Made by a program: the position numbers and the translations under genes. A model generated the notes under the pieces. The model was not told the origin of the DNA. It was given only the letters and a program-made list of their open reading frames with translations, and made no database searches. From sequence record LC597490.1: a stretch of DNA of 64,000 bases; one strand, written 5' to 3'. Of the stretch, positions 37,959 through 47,444 are shown piece after piece (position 1 is the stretch's first letter; the number at the start of each line of letters is the position of its first letter).

Positions 37959-38204
37959 TTGCATTGTAATATGTGTAATTTTCAAGGATTCTGTATGGGG
38001 GAGGAAAAAAGTTTGATTATTTTTTATGGAGCGATTGGATTCGCTTTACTATTTGCTTTTTTATCATTGATGTTCCTATTACACTATGGATTATCTCGTA
38101 GTGAAACATCTTATTATCGAGCAATTTGGTTTGCTGTATTTTCTTTTGCAAACATATTGTTTTTGATTTTTAAAGTAGATGGTTTTATGAATCGAATCTT
38201 CTAG
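37959..38204 (+). CDS. Two-TM membrane protein
   Basis: True start probably ~38024 after GGGGGAGG. Confidence 0.65.
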   Translation: MHCNMCNFQGFCMGEEKSLIIFYGAIGFALLFAFLSLMFLLHYGLSRSETSYYRAIWFAVFSFANILFLIFKVDGFMNRIF

Positions 38205-38214
38205 GAGGAATAAC

Positions 38215-38442
38215 ATGGAACATGCTACTAGTGCATTCTTTATTATCATGATGACTGTTGCAAGTGCTTTTAGTTTATGGAAAACTATTATCAATTTGCA
38301 GTACATTAAGTTTTATATTCATACAGGGCAAGAAGATAATTCTCGTTTTCAAATGAAGAAAAAAATGTTGTTTCTTAACATTGTTTTTGCTATTTTCTTC
38401 CTTGCAAGTTTATTAGCGGAATTGTTAACTCGCTATGCATAA
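38215..38442 (+). CDS. Two-TM membrane protein, paralog of 39025 and 42555
   Basis: TM-[FY]Y[IT]..G..(K)KK-TM pattern. Confidence 0.75.
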   Translation: MEHATSAFFIIMMTVASAFSLWKTIINLQYIKFYIHTGQEDNSRFQMKKKMLFLNIVFAIFFLASLLAELLTRYA

Positions 38443-38453
38443 GGAGTGAGGTT

Positions 38454-38738
38454 ATGGAAGTTTTTCCAATTGGCACACATGTACAAATAAAAGAAACGAG
38501 TGAGTATCACCACCAACAGTTTATGACTTGGAATAGTGGTGAACAACTTCGTGGTGTGGTAGTTGAAAATGAATTTAATGGCGAAGGTCAACCTGATTAC
38601 ATATACAAAGTTTCATGGCTATATGGAGAAGGTTATCATCATAGTTCTAATTTTTATCGTCAAGAAGATTTAGAACTGGGTAAAAACATATCACAAGTTG
38701 ATAAGTTTAAAAAAGATGCTGATTTATTAATTGATTAA
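38454..38738 (+). CDS. SH3/KOW-like family protein with the C-terminal motif
   Basis: MEVFPIGTHVQI..Y.V.W..Y...DL; ends KNISQVDKFKKDADLLID. Confidence 0.8.
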   Translation: MEVFPIGTHVQIKETSEYHHQQFMTWNSGEQLRGVVVENEFNGEGQPDYIYKVSWLYGEGYHHSSNFYRQEDLELGKNISQVDKFKKDADLLID

Positions 38739-38749
38739 GGAGGATTGAG

Positions 38750-39028
38750 ATGGAAGTTTTTCCAGTCGGTACAATTGTACGTGTATCTAGGGAATCACCT
38801 TATTATTATCAAAACTTTATGGAAGGTAATATCTTTAAAGGCGTTATGACTGGTAAAATTACGAAAAATGATTATAGGGCAGCAGGTGATCCAAATTATA
38901 TTTACGAAGTCCATTGGCTTGTTGACGGTGAGTATTATGACCAGAACTGTTATCGTCAAAGTGACTTAGAATTGGTTCAAAATAGTTCAATGGTCAGTAA
39001 GATGCGTCAGGAGGTTGATTTAAGTTGA
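38750..39028 (+). CDS. SH3/KOW-like family protein with the C-terminal motif
   Basis: MEVFPVGTIVRV; ends QNSSMVSKMRQEVDLS. Confidence 0.8.
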   Translation: MEVFPVGTIVRVSRESPYYYQNFMEGNIFKGVMTGKITKNDYRAAGDPNYIYEVHWLVDGEYYDQNCYRQSDLELVQNSSMVSKMRQEVDLS

Positions 39029-39249
39029 GTAATTACCAGCAATTAATTGGTATTGTTTATGTTGCTTTATTTGCTTTATTCTTTATGAATGCATTTGTTT
39101 CATTAAGTAAATGTCATTATTACATTCAAAAAGGTGATGATAAGAGTAAGACTTTTCGAAAATGCTTTGCCAGCGCTGGAGGTTGGATTACATTATCACT
39201 ACTCAACTTGATTATTGCTTTTTATCAGTTTTCGCATTACATAAATTAA
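39025..39249 (+). CDS. Two-TM membrane protein
   Basis: TTG start; paralog of 38215. Confidence 0.72.
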   Translation: MSNYQQLIGIVYVALFALFFMNAFVSLSKCHYYIQKGDDKSKTFRKCFASAGGWITLSLLNLIIAFYQFSHYIN

Positions 39250-39268
39250 ATTAAAGGGAGAGATACAA

Positions 39269-41341
39269 ATGTCATATGAATTAACAAGTGCTGAATATAA
39301 TAATAACGATAGCGAAAGAGATGGATATCCACAGTTTGAAGCAAGCTTGCAACAACATTTCAACAAAGCAATTGCTGATGGTAAAAAGTTATTCGTTACA
39401 AATGTAGAAAATTTGTATGAGTTATATTTAGAAAACTTACCAGAAGTTAAACCTGGTACTCGTCAACATTTTACTTGTCATGGTTGCCGTCATTTCTTCG
39501 AGCGTTATGGTCGTTTAGTAACAATTGATGAGCAAGGTATTAAACGTTCTGCTATCTTTGATGAAGGTATCGTTCCTGATTTCTTTGTTGATGCAGTTAT
39601 TGCTATGCGTCATGCAGTTTTAACTGCTGAAGTATCTGGCGTGTTTGTTCCAGATGCACGAGTTCTTGGTATACCAAAGACTGGTGAGTGGACACACGTT
39701 CATGTTCGTTTACCACAAGAGATGGTAAATCGTAATGTATTACGTACTGCTGGTCAGGTAATGGCTGAGAAACGTGAAGACTTCCATGTTTTACGTCGTG
39801 TTGCTTCTCAACATACAATTGAGACAGTTGACCAAGCTATTGCATTATTAAAATCGGAAACTGTTAATCGTGGTGACCGTTATATTCCTCATGCTGAATG
39901 GTTTAAAGAAGTATTGGTGAAACTTGAGAGAGCTGGTAGCGCAGAATCTAAACGCAATGTATTATGGCTTGCGGTATCAGAAGCTCCAACTGGATTTATT
40001 CCATCTAATAGTAGTAACGTAGGTCAGTTATTAACTGATATTGCTGAACTATCATTAGCGGAAGCAGGAGAGAAACTTGCTGACCGTTTAAAACCATCAA
40101 CATTTATGCGTGCTCAAGCGGCTCCATCTGCTAATGCATTACGTGAAGCAGAAAGAACATGGCAAAAGCTTGAAGAAGCTGGGATGGTAAGTAAGGATTC
40201 ATTAAAACGTAAGTATGCTAAGATTGAACAAGTTCCTGAAATGACATGGGAACCAAAGCTTAAAGTTGCTCCAAAACCAGTTGAAACTGGAAGTGTATTT
40301 GGTCATATTACACCAAGAGAAAAGAAAGTAACAGCTGTTAAAGATAATACATTAGCTTCTAAAATAATGACGTGGGATAAGTTCCAACGTACAATCTTGC
40401 CTACAGCTGATAAGATTGAGGCATTAATTGATAATCCAGATCGTTTCATGGCTTTAATCACATCTGCTGTTGAAGGTGCTCCTAATATGCTTCAGTGGGA
40501 TAATGAGTTCTCATGGTATTATCATGCTGGTGTTGATGCTGAAATCAAGAAACGTGTTGAAGGTGCTGGTGGTCGTTATGAGAACAACGCACTACGTGTT
40601 TCTCTATCATGGGAAAATTACACTGACCTTGATATTCATGGTACAACGCCAGGTAAAGAACATATCTGCTATTCTAACAAGCGTAGTAATTGTGGTGGTC
40701 AATTGGATGTTGATGCGAATGGTGGTCGTCCAACAACACGTACACCAGTTGAAAACATTCGTTGGGCAAGAGACCCTAAAAATGGTCGTTATCGTTTCTT
40801 TGTTCATAATTATTGTGAACGTGATAACGGTAAAACACCATTCAAGGTTGAGTTAGAAGTAAAAGGTAAAACATGGACATACCATGGCGTATCTGGTTCA
40901 ACTGGATGGCAAGTGGATGTATTTGAGTTCGATTACCTTGATGGTGAAGTTACTCATATCCGTCATGCTGCTATTACTTCTGATGAGTCTTGGACAGCTG
41001 ATATCAATAGCTTCGTTGAAGTTAAAGGTATTACTTCTTCTCCAAACTTATGGGGTAAAAATCCTGTTCCTCATGCTGGTAATCATACATTCTTCTTATT
41101 AGAAGGTGTAACCGATGAATCTGAAGGACGTGGGCGTGGATTCTTCAACGAACACTTAAAATCAGAATTCCGTGAGATTCGTAAGGTACTAGAAGCTTAT
41201 GCAAATAGTGCTGCAATTGAAGGAGCGAAAGAAGCTACTGCATGTGGCTTAGGATTTAGTAAGGATACTGAGTGGAATGTTACACTCAAAGTTACAACAG
41301 GTAATACAACTCAACTTGTTAAGATTGACCGTTGGGATTAA
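39269..41341 (+). CDS. 690-aa protein with a YfaP/DUF2135-like domain
   Basis: LRVSLSWENYTDLDIH..GGQLDVDANGG..VENIRW..GRYRFFVHNY. Confidence 0.7.
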   Translation: MSYELTSAEYNNNDSERDGYPQFEASLQQHFNKAIADGKKLFVTNVENLYELYLENLPEVKPGTRQHFTCHGCRHFFERYGRLVTIDEQGIKRSAIFDEGIVPDFFVDAVIAMRHAVLTAEVSGVFVPDARVLGIPKTGEWTHVHVRLPQEMVNRNVLRTAGQVMAEKREDFHVLRRVASQHTIETVDQAIALLKSETVNRGDRYIPHAEWFKEVLVKLERAGSAESKRNVLWLAVSEAPTGFIPSNSSNVGQLLTDIAELSLAEAGEKLADRLKPSTFMRAQAAPSANALREAERTWQKLEEAGMVSKDSLKRKYAKIEQVPEMTWEPKLKVAPKPVETGSVFGHITPREKKVTAVKDNTLASKIMTWDKFQRTILPTADKIEALIDNPDRFMALITSAVEGAPNMLQWDNEFSWYYHAGVDAEIKKRVEGAGGRYENNALRVSLSWENYTDLDIHGTTPGKEHICYSNKRSNCGGQLDVDANGGRPTTRTPVENIRWARDPKNGRYRFFVHNYCERDNGKTPFKVELEVKGKTWTYHGVSGSTGWQVDVFEFDYLDGEVTHIRHAAITSDESWTADINSFVEVKGITSSPNLWGKNPVPHAGNHTFFLLEGVTDESEGRGRGFFNEHLKSEFREIRKVLEAYANSAAIEGAKEATACGLGFSKDTEWNVTLKVTTGNTTQLVKIDRWD

Positions 41342-41415
41342 TTATTGGAGGGCTTCGGCTCTCCTTTTATTACAATTGAAATACCAAAAATATAACCATA
41401 AAGGGGAAATACAAA

Positions 41416-42495
41416 ATGAAAATTATTAACTACGGAAACACTTATGAAATCTACTCTGATGACTTACGTACATACGATTTATTACCAGCTGGTACTTATA
41501 AAGTTGCTTTTGATCCAATGTCAGGTTTTTCTTTAGTAAAAGTTGATAACTTCGTAACATTAGAAGAAAAGATTTATGGTAATCACTTAGAAAAGATTGA
41601 TAAAGTGTTAGATTCTTATGATCGTTTTAACCGTAGTTTAGGTGTCATTTTAAGCGGTGACAAAGGTATGGGTAAATCATTATTCACTCAGTTACTATCT
41701 CAAAAGGCTGTTGAAAAAGAATTGCCAGTTATCATGGTTACAAAAGCTTATCCTGGTGTAGCTGATTTCATCGACAAAATTAAGCAAGATGCATTGATTA
41801 TGTTTGATGAATTTGAAAAAGTATTTAGTATTTCTGGTGGTCAAGGTGAATCACAAAACAACCTTTTAGGTCTATTTGATGGTACTTCACAGGTGAAACG
41901 CTTATATGCAATTACAGTTAACAACTTACGTCATGTTAGTGAGTTTATGGTAAGTCGTACAGGTCGTTTCCATTATCATATTCGTTTTGATTATCCAACT
42001 GCTTCTGAAATCGAAATCTATTTAAAAGATAAGATTGAAGAACAGTATTATGGTGAAATCAAGCATGTAGTTGCATTTGCTAATAAAGTGAAACTGAATT
42101 ACGATTCTCTTCGTGCAATCGCATTTGAATTAAATGGCGGTATTAGCTTCCGTGCTGCTATTAGTGACTTAAATATCTTAGCTACTGATACACAACGTTA
42201 TGATATTAAAGTTCTATTTAGTGATGGAAAAACAGCAACAATGACTGGTCAGCATATGAATCTGTTCCAAGAGAAGATTCGTATTGATGGTTATAAAGAT
42301 GGCGGAGATTACTTCTCTATCACATTTGAAGGAAACAAAATTAAATCTGAAATGAACCGCATGTTTGTTGTTGGTGATGACATCTCTTCAGAATGTATGG
42401 ATGAAGATGGTGACAAAGTTACACAGTATGAAGTTCAAGGTGTTGAAATTACTCGTCAACAAGAAAGAGCTGTTAACTATCGTTTAGATTATTAA
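41416..42495 (+). CDS. AAA+ ATPase
   Basis: Walker A GDKGMGKS, Walker B IMFDEFEK, sensor ITVN, Arg finger SRTGRF. Confidence 0.9.
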   Translation: MKIINYGNTYEIYSDDLRTYDLLPAGTYKVAFDPMSGFSLVKVDNFVTLEEKIYGNHLEKIDKVLDSYDRFNRSLGVILSGDKGMGKSLFTQLLSQKAVEKELPVIMVTKAYPGVADFIDKIKQDALIMFDEFEKVFSISGGQGESQNNLLGLFDGTSQVKRLYAITVNNLRHVSEFMVSRTGRFHYHIRFDYPTASEIEIYLKDKIEEQYYGEIKHVVAFANKVKLNYDSLRAIAFELNGGISFRAAISDLNILATDTQRYDIKVLFSDGKTATMTGQHMNLFQEKIRIDGYKDGGDYFSITFEGNKIKSEMNRMFVVGDDISSECMDEDGDKVTQYEVQGVEITRQQERAVNYRLDY

Positions 42496-42554
42496 TATGT
42501 AAAATTGGGAGTAGTCATTGTGGCTATTCCCTTTTTTGGTGTAAAGAAGAAAGG

Positions 42555-42791
42555 ATGATTAAAATGATTGATTGGCCAAGAGTTCTTTTTTATATTGCAG
42601 CAACTACTATCATTAGTGTTTCTGTAACAAAAATAATTGTTACTTCTCGTTTTATTCAGTACTACATAACAACTGGTCAGTGGAACACCCCTGATTATAA
42701 TAAGAAAAAAGTAGTGTTATTCCGTCATGTTATGATAGCAGTATTCTTTATTGCTTGGTTTTTAGGTAATATCATTATGAATTATGCTTAG
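42555..42791 (+). CDS. Two-TM membrane protein
   Basis: Paralog of 38215. Confidence 0.72.
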   Translation: MIKMIDWPRVLFYIAATTIISVSVTKIIVTSRFIQYYITTGQWNTPDYNKKKVVLFRHVMIAVFFIAWFLGNIIMNYA

Positions 42792-42806
42792 AAAGGGGAG
42801 AGACAT

Positions 42807-43421
42807 ATGATTGATAAAATTAAATCTTTACTAGGTTTAGACAAACCAAAGGGAAGAGTTGTGACTGCAAGCAGTAGGGCTTTTACAGCTGAAGAAGAAG
42901 CAAAGTACGCAGAAATGGAAAGAGTACGTGTTCAAGTTGCTGAGAAAGAAGCAGCTAAGTTGCTTGATGTATTAAAAAGAGATTTGGTTTCAGGTGAAAC
43001 TTGTTATATATATGGAATGAATAAAGTTGTTCATTGGGGACAAAGAAGACAAACTCTTGCGAAAGCATGGTTAGAAGATGATGGCATTAAATTTGGTAGG
43101 TTTGTACCCAAATTATACACATCTGAAGAAGAAGATGTTTTATTAAAGAATCTGTATGATATGTTTTATGGTCACTTCATAGAATACCATTTTCAATTTC
43201 CAAATGAAGTTGAAGATTCATTAGCTGCATTAGAAGCTCCTCGTAATTTACAACTTTCACTAGGTTCTACTTCTTTATGGGTAGAGAATGGTAGGTATTA
43301 TAATCAGTTAAGTGATGCAGAGCCAGTAGAAATTCATTTGAAGGATTTCTTAGAGCATTTAAAATTACTTGAGTTAGCTAATCCTAAATGGAGTATAAGA
43401 GGTGAAAAACATGACAGCTGA
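42807..43421 (+). CDS. Hypothetical protein
   Basis: 204 aa with SD. Confidence 0.8.
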   Translation: MIDKIKSLLGLDKPKGRVVTASSRAFTAEEEAKYAEMERVRVQVAEKEAAKLLDVLKRDLVSGETCYIYGMNKVVHWGQRRQTLAKAWLEDDGIKFGRFVPKLYTSEEEDVLLKNLYDMFYGHFIEYHFQFPNEVEDSLAALEAPRNLQLSLGSTSLWVENGRYYNQLSDAEPVEIHLKDFLEHLKLLELANPKWSIRGEKHDS

Positions 43422-43596
43422 AGAAAGAGCTAACCTTAAAGAAGGTGATGTGCTTATTCACAATAAAACAAAAGAAGAATTTACAGTTGTTGATTGGCCT
43501 ACTGGTCAGTTAATATTTGTTGATGATGATGCACATGGCATTTATACTAAAGACTTAAAGTTAGAAAATTATACTGTTAAAAGAAAAGAGGGCTAA
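43411..43596 (+). CDS. Small SH3/KOW-like protein
   Basis: Start moved to ATG 43411; LKEGDVL. Confidence 0.7.
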   Translation: MTAEERANLKEGDVLIHNKTKEEFTVVDWPTGQLIFVDDDAHGIYTKDLKLENYTVKRKEG

Positions 43597-43619
43597 TTGG
43601 CTCTCTTTTTTTGCCGCTA
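43586..43619 (+). terminator. Intrinsic terminator followed by CCGCTA
   Basis: AAGAGGGC/GCTCTCTT stem, T-run, CCGCTA at 43614. Confidence 0.7.
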
Positions 43620-43632
43620 GGGAGGGTGTTCC

Positions 43633-43767
43633 ATGAAAAAGAAGAAGAAAAAGAAACCAGCTATTAAGTTGGGCCGAGCGACTTGGCATATACGTCCTAC
43701 TACAAAAGTGAAAGAAAGTGGTAAGGTGTATAAACGTAAGTCTCAAAACTGGCAAAATGAAGAATAA
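43633..43767 (+). CDS. 44-aa very basic protein
   Basis: Hand-read MKKKKKKKPAIKLGRATWHIRPTTKVKESGKVYKRKSQNWQNEE; GGGAGGG SD. Confidence 0.7.
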   Translation: MKKKKKKKPAIKLGRATWHIRPTTKVKESGKVYKRKSQNWQNEE

Positions 43768-43780
43768 GGGAGGAAATGTT

Positions 43781-44179
43781 ATGACAGTAGAAACTACAGA
43801 TTACACGTATCAGATTCCAGTAACAACAAAAATTAATGTATTTAGGGATTATCGTAACAGCCCAGCTATCAGCGTTATCTTTGAATGGATTTCACCGATC
43901 TCAGGTAAATCAAATAAAGGTAGTGTATATTTAGCTACTGGTGTTAGTTATCAAGATTTAATGGAAAAATCCATTGAATTATTTAAGGACCCCGTTAAGG
44001 TTCACGAAACAATTAACACACAGATACAAAAAGAAATTGCAAGTGCTCTTCGCTGGGAAGTGCCAGTTGATATTTATGAGCAAGCAACTGAAGATGAATT
44101 TAAAGCTGCACTTTCAACTTTTGATTTTAACTTCACAGCTCCAATTGATTTAAAACAAAGTATTCAACCACAAGCATAA
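43781..44179 (+). CDS. Hypothetical protein
   Basis: Start moved to ATG 43781. Confidence 0.78.
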   Translation: MTVETTDYTYQIPVTTKINVFRDYRNSPAISVIFEWISPISGKSNKGSVYLATGVSYQDLMEKSIELFKDPVKVHETINTQIQKEIASALRWEVPVDIYEQATEDEFKAALSTFDFNFTAPIDLKQSIQPQA

Positions 44180-44183
44180 GTAA

Positions 44184-44218
44184 AAGGCGGGCTTCGGTCC
44201 GCTTTTTTTATTCCGCTA
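44184..44218 (+). terminator. Intrinsic terminator followed by CCGCTA
   Basis: AGGCGGGC-TTCG-GTCCGCTT, T-run, CCGCTA at 44213. Confidence 0.8.
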
Positions 44219-44231
44219 TTGAGGTGATAAT

Positions 44232-44534
44232 ATGAGTAAAAGAACAACAGATATTAAATTTCCTATTACTCATAAAGAGATAGGAAATGGCACAGTTGTA
44301 TTTTATGCTTCTACTTATAGGAAAGATTGGGCAGGAAGCAATGAGCATCATCCAATTCCTAAATATCCAGAAAATGACCACTTATTAGAAGAAGGTATTA
44401 TGGGCGCAAATAGGCAAAACAATTATCGAACAGATAGTTGGAGGTTGAAAAAAATACAATGTAAATTAGTTGATTTAAACAATGAAATGAGTATTATGAA
44501 GTTTAAACAAGAAGGTGTTATCTATGAGGTTTAA
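44232..44534 (+). CDS. Hypothetical protein with the C-terminal motif
   Basis: Ends NNEMSIMKFKQEGVIYEV. Confidence 0.78.
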   Translation: MSKRTTDIKFPITHKEIGNGTVVFYASTYRKDWAGSNEHHPIPKYPENDHLLEEGIMGANRQNNYRTDSWRLKKIQCKLVDLNNEMSIMKFKQEGVIYEV

Positions 44535-44802
44535 AGTAGGTGATGTCGTTGAAATTGTTGAAGGTAGTTTCTTTTACCAACAACAATTTTCATCTGGCGG
44601 TAAAAAGTTGAAAGGTATCATCGTAGATGTAAGCGGTCAAGGTGATTGGTACAATTCACATTATGATTATAGAGTACAATGGTGGATGGGGAATAGAAAT
44701 CAAGGTAAATTCTTCTATAATGATATTCATCTACAATTGGTTAATCAACATAATGAAAGTACACTTCTTTCTATGAAGAAGGAGGAAACATATGAGTTTT
44801 AA
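44524..44802 (+). CDS. SH3/KOW-like family protein with the C-terminal motif
   Basis: MRFKVGDVVEI; ends HNESTLLSMKKEETYEF. Confidence 0.8.
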   Translation: MRFKVGDVVEIVEGSFFYQQQFSSGGKKLKGIIVDVSGQGDWYNSHYDYRVQWWMGNRNQGKFFYNDIHLQLVNQHNESTLLSMKKEETYEF

Positions 44803-45076
44803 TATAGGTGACAAAGTAGAAATTCGTAAAGGTAGTCAATATTTTGGTCAACAAATGCGTGGTATGAAGAAAATGGAAGGCATTGTTACAGATGTTTCAG
44901 GCCTAAATGAATGGGTAAGTACTAGCTTTAAATATAAAGTAAGTTGGATGTTAAACAATAAAGAAATGACTGCATATCTTTATAATGATAAAGATTTAAA
45001 ACCACTCATTATTAGCAATCAAAAAGTATTATCTAGTTTAAAACGAGACAATACCGATGATTGGAGTGTTATATGA
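44792..45076 (+). CDS. SH3/KOW-like family protein with the C-terminal motif
   Basis: FNIGDKVEI; ends SNQKVLSSLKRDNTDDWSVI. Confidence 0.8.
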   Translation: MSFNIGDKVEIRKGSQYFGQQMRGMKKMEGIVTDVSGLNEWVSTSFKYKVSWMLNNKEMTAYLYNDKDLKPLIISNQKVLSSLKRDNTDDWSVI

Positions 45077-45360
45077 TGTTGCTTCCACTTGGTACAAAAG
45101 TAATTATCCGAGAAGGAACTCAGTTTAAAGGTCAAGATTCTTACTTTAAACATGGTTATAATGGCTCTAAAGAACAAGGTTATGGCATCATAAATCACTA
45201 TATTAACATTGAAGATTTTTGTTATAGTGTTCTTTGGTATAAACAAAATGGTGAGAGATATGGCTCCAATAATTATCGTAGAAGAGATTTACAAGCTATC
45301 ATTGGAAACAATGAAGAAGCGAAACTTCAACTTAAAGTAGATGATGATATTCTAATTTAA
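45073..45360 (+). CDS. SH3/KOW-like family protein with the C-terminal motif
   Basis: LPLGTKVII; ends NNEEAKLQLKVDDDILI. Confidence 0.8.
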   Translation: MMLLPLGTKVIIREGTQFKGQDSYFKHGYNGSKEQGYGIINHYINIEDFCYSVLWYKQNGERYGSNNYRRRDLQAIIGNNEEAKLQLKVDDDILI

Positions 45361-45377
45361 GTGTAGGAGGAATTGAA

Positions 45378-45665
45378 ATGAGTAATGAATTGCTCCCAGT
45401 AGGTGCGAAAGTAACCTTATTACCTACATCTGATTTTGCAGGTCAAGATTATTACAGAGAACATGGTGAAAGGGTTAAGGCACCATTCGGTATTATTGTT
45501 CAACAAGTTGGTCGTCGTAATGGCTTTGCTTACCACATTGATTGGTATACAAAAGATGGTAGGAAGTTTTATTCTGATGCTTATACTAGGCATTGTGTAA
45601 AAGCAGTTGTTGTTAACAATGATGATACACTCTTATTATTTAAAAGTGATGAAATTAATATATAG
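45378..45665 (+). CDS. SH3/KOW-like family protein with the C-terminal motif
   Basis: LPVGAKVTL; ends NNDDTLLLFKSDEINI. Confidence 0.8.
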   Translation: MSNELLPVGAKVTLLPTSDFAGQDYYREHGERVKAPFGIIVQQVGRRNGFAYHIDWYTKDGRKFYSDAYTRHCVKAVVVNNDDTLLLFKSDEINI

Positions 45666-45811
45666 AAAGGGGAGAAAAGAAGATGTGTCAAAAACATAAA
45701 TGGATTAAAACGTTTGAAGACAAGGTACGTGGTATCGTTGTTAAGAAATGTGCTTTCTGTTGTAATACGAGAAAGAAACGAACAAAAGCAAGTTAAAGGA
45801 GGTTGTCCCTC

Positions 45812-46243
45812 ATGTTGCCAGGATTTACTGGTGTATTGCATTATGAACAACAAGAAATTCCTTTTTATTTAAATCCGACCTTCAATGAAGATGCTGACGC
45901 TATTGAAGCATTAGAGCCAGGTGAATCACTACTTCTTTTTTATGATAGTCATGAACAAAAAGACAAGGATTACCTAATTAGAACCATATTGGAGGAATTC
46001 AGTTATTCATTAGAAGATAAACTTTGTAACTCTGAAATAAAGGAATTGATTGATAGGTTGAAAATAGATGATATAGGACCTACTCAACATTTCATAGATA
46101 AAGACTTAGTAGAGGTTCAAGTTCATGAAGAAGAAATAAAAATGCAAGATTGGGCTACTGGTGGATTCTTTAAAATAACAAATCCTGAGTATAACAATGA
46201 AAGTTATATGTACAAAATGAAATCGGAATTAGAAACTAGGTGA
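45812..46243 (+). CDS. Acidic hypothetical protein with the C-terminal motif
   Basis: Start moved to ATG 45812; ends NNESYMYKMKSELETR. Confidence 0.78.
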   Translation: MLPGFTGVLHYEQQEIPFYLNPTFNEDADAIEALEPGESLLLFYDSHEQKDKDYLIRTILEEFSYSLEDKLCNSEIKELIDRLKIDDIGPTQHFIDKDLVEVQVHEEEIKMQDWATGGFFKITNPEYNNESYMYKMKSELETR

Positions 46244-46294
46244 TAGTACGAATGAAGATACTTTATTCAAAATGTCACATGAGGAGGATGTATT

Positions 46295-46687
46295 ATGACA
46301 TGGCAAGATTTAGCTGATAAATATCTTGATAAAGCTGGCAAGTACATTGACCAGTTTGCAGCAAAATTAGGTACAACATCTGAATATATTTTTGAGATAT
46401 TAGTTAAGCAACAAATAGCCGCTGGTATCAGTGGTATTATCTTTTTTGCTGTATTGTTAATCATATCTCTTGTTTCTATTAAATTAGGTGTGAAATGGTT
46501 CAAGATGGATTCCCGACGTGGTGACTGGGACTATCAGTATATGGCTATGTGGGCTTCCATCATTGGTTTAGTAGTTCTATTACTCTCTCTAGCAGGGATA
46601 GGGTACAATATCAGATTGATTATTAATCCTGAGTATTATGCAATTCAGGATATCGTTAATTTCATCAAGGAGAAAGTAGGTAACTAA
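46295..46687 (+). CDS. Two-TM membrane protein
   Basis: 130 aa; ends LIINPEYYAIQDI. Confidence 0.8.
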   Translation: MTWQDLADKYLDKAGKYIDQFAAKLGTTSEYIFEILVKQQIAAGISGIIFFAVLLIISLVSIKLGVKWFKMDSRRGDWDYQYMAMWASIIGLVVLLLSLAGIGYNIRLIINPEYYAIQDIVNFIKEKVGN

Positions 46688-46988
46688 AGTGAAGTTCCTA
46701 ATGTATTTGATTGTAGGAATTATATTCTTTATTTTTGTAGCTCCTGTAATCGTAGCGGCAGCGGCTCCAGTACTATGTTTTGTGCTGGCTGCTGCTTTTA
46801 TTGTCTTTATTGCTAAGATGACGAAAGGATGAGGCTTATGCTTAAAGGTATCATCGGCATAATCGTTGGTTTGATATTCTTCTTATTTATCTTACCAGTG
46901 ATTATGTCCTTTGCCTTTCCTATTATTATCATGGCAATCGTTGTTGGTTTTGTGTTATGGGTAGTAGGAATGTCAAAGGAGTGATATT

Positions 46989-47444
46989 ATGTCAATGTTA
47001 AGACATATAACAACTAGAGTTTGTCCTGATTGTAAATGCACAATTATTAATAAAGAAGAGGTTAATGTTAGAAGGTTGGAAGATGGAGTTACTATTCCAA
47101 CTCATAAGGTTTCTGGCAAAAGAATTGAACGTAGATTCTTTGCTTGTGGATATACAGTTGAATTTCATCCTCTTGATGACAAAGAAAAAGTAATTGATAT
47201 TTGCTTATATCATCCTAGAATTAAAAAGATCAATGATGCACGTCAACAAGCTATTACTGATGTCTTTTGGTTTATTCGAAAATTAAAAGTTGATGGCATA
47301 TTTAAGAAACATCTTGGTAATTGTATTGAGGGTCAAGATAGGATAGCAAAGTTTCCTAAAGAAGCTATTATTGAAGGTTACTTAGAAAGTTATTTGGAAG
47401 GAGATGAGCCAGATGTCGATGTTGAAACACGTTCAAACAAATAG
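46989..47444 (+). CDS. Zn-finger protein, paralog of the next gene
   Basis: MSMLRHITTRVCPDC..H..RRFFACG..C. Confidence 0.78.
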   Translation: MSMLRHITTRVCPDCKCTIINKEEVNVRRLEDGVTIPTHKVSGKRIERRFFACGYTVEFHPLDDKEKVIDICLYHPRIKKINDARQQAITDVFWFIRKLKVDGIFKKHLGNCIEGQDRIAKFPKEAIIEGYLESYLEGDEPDVDVETRSNK

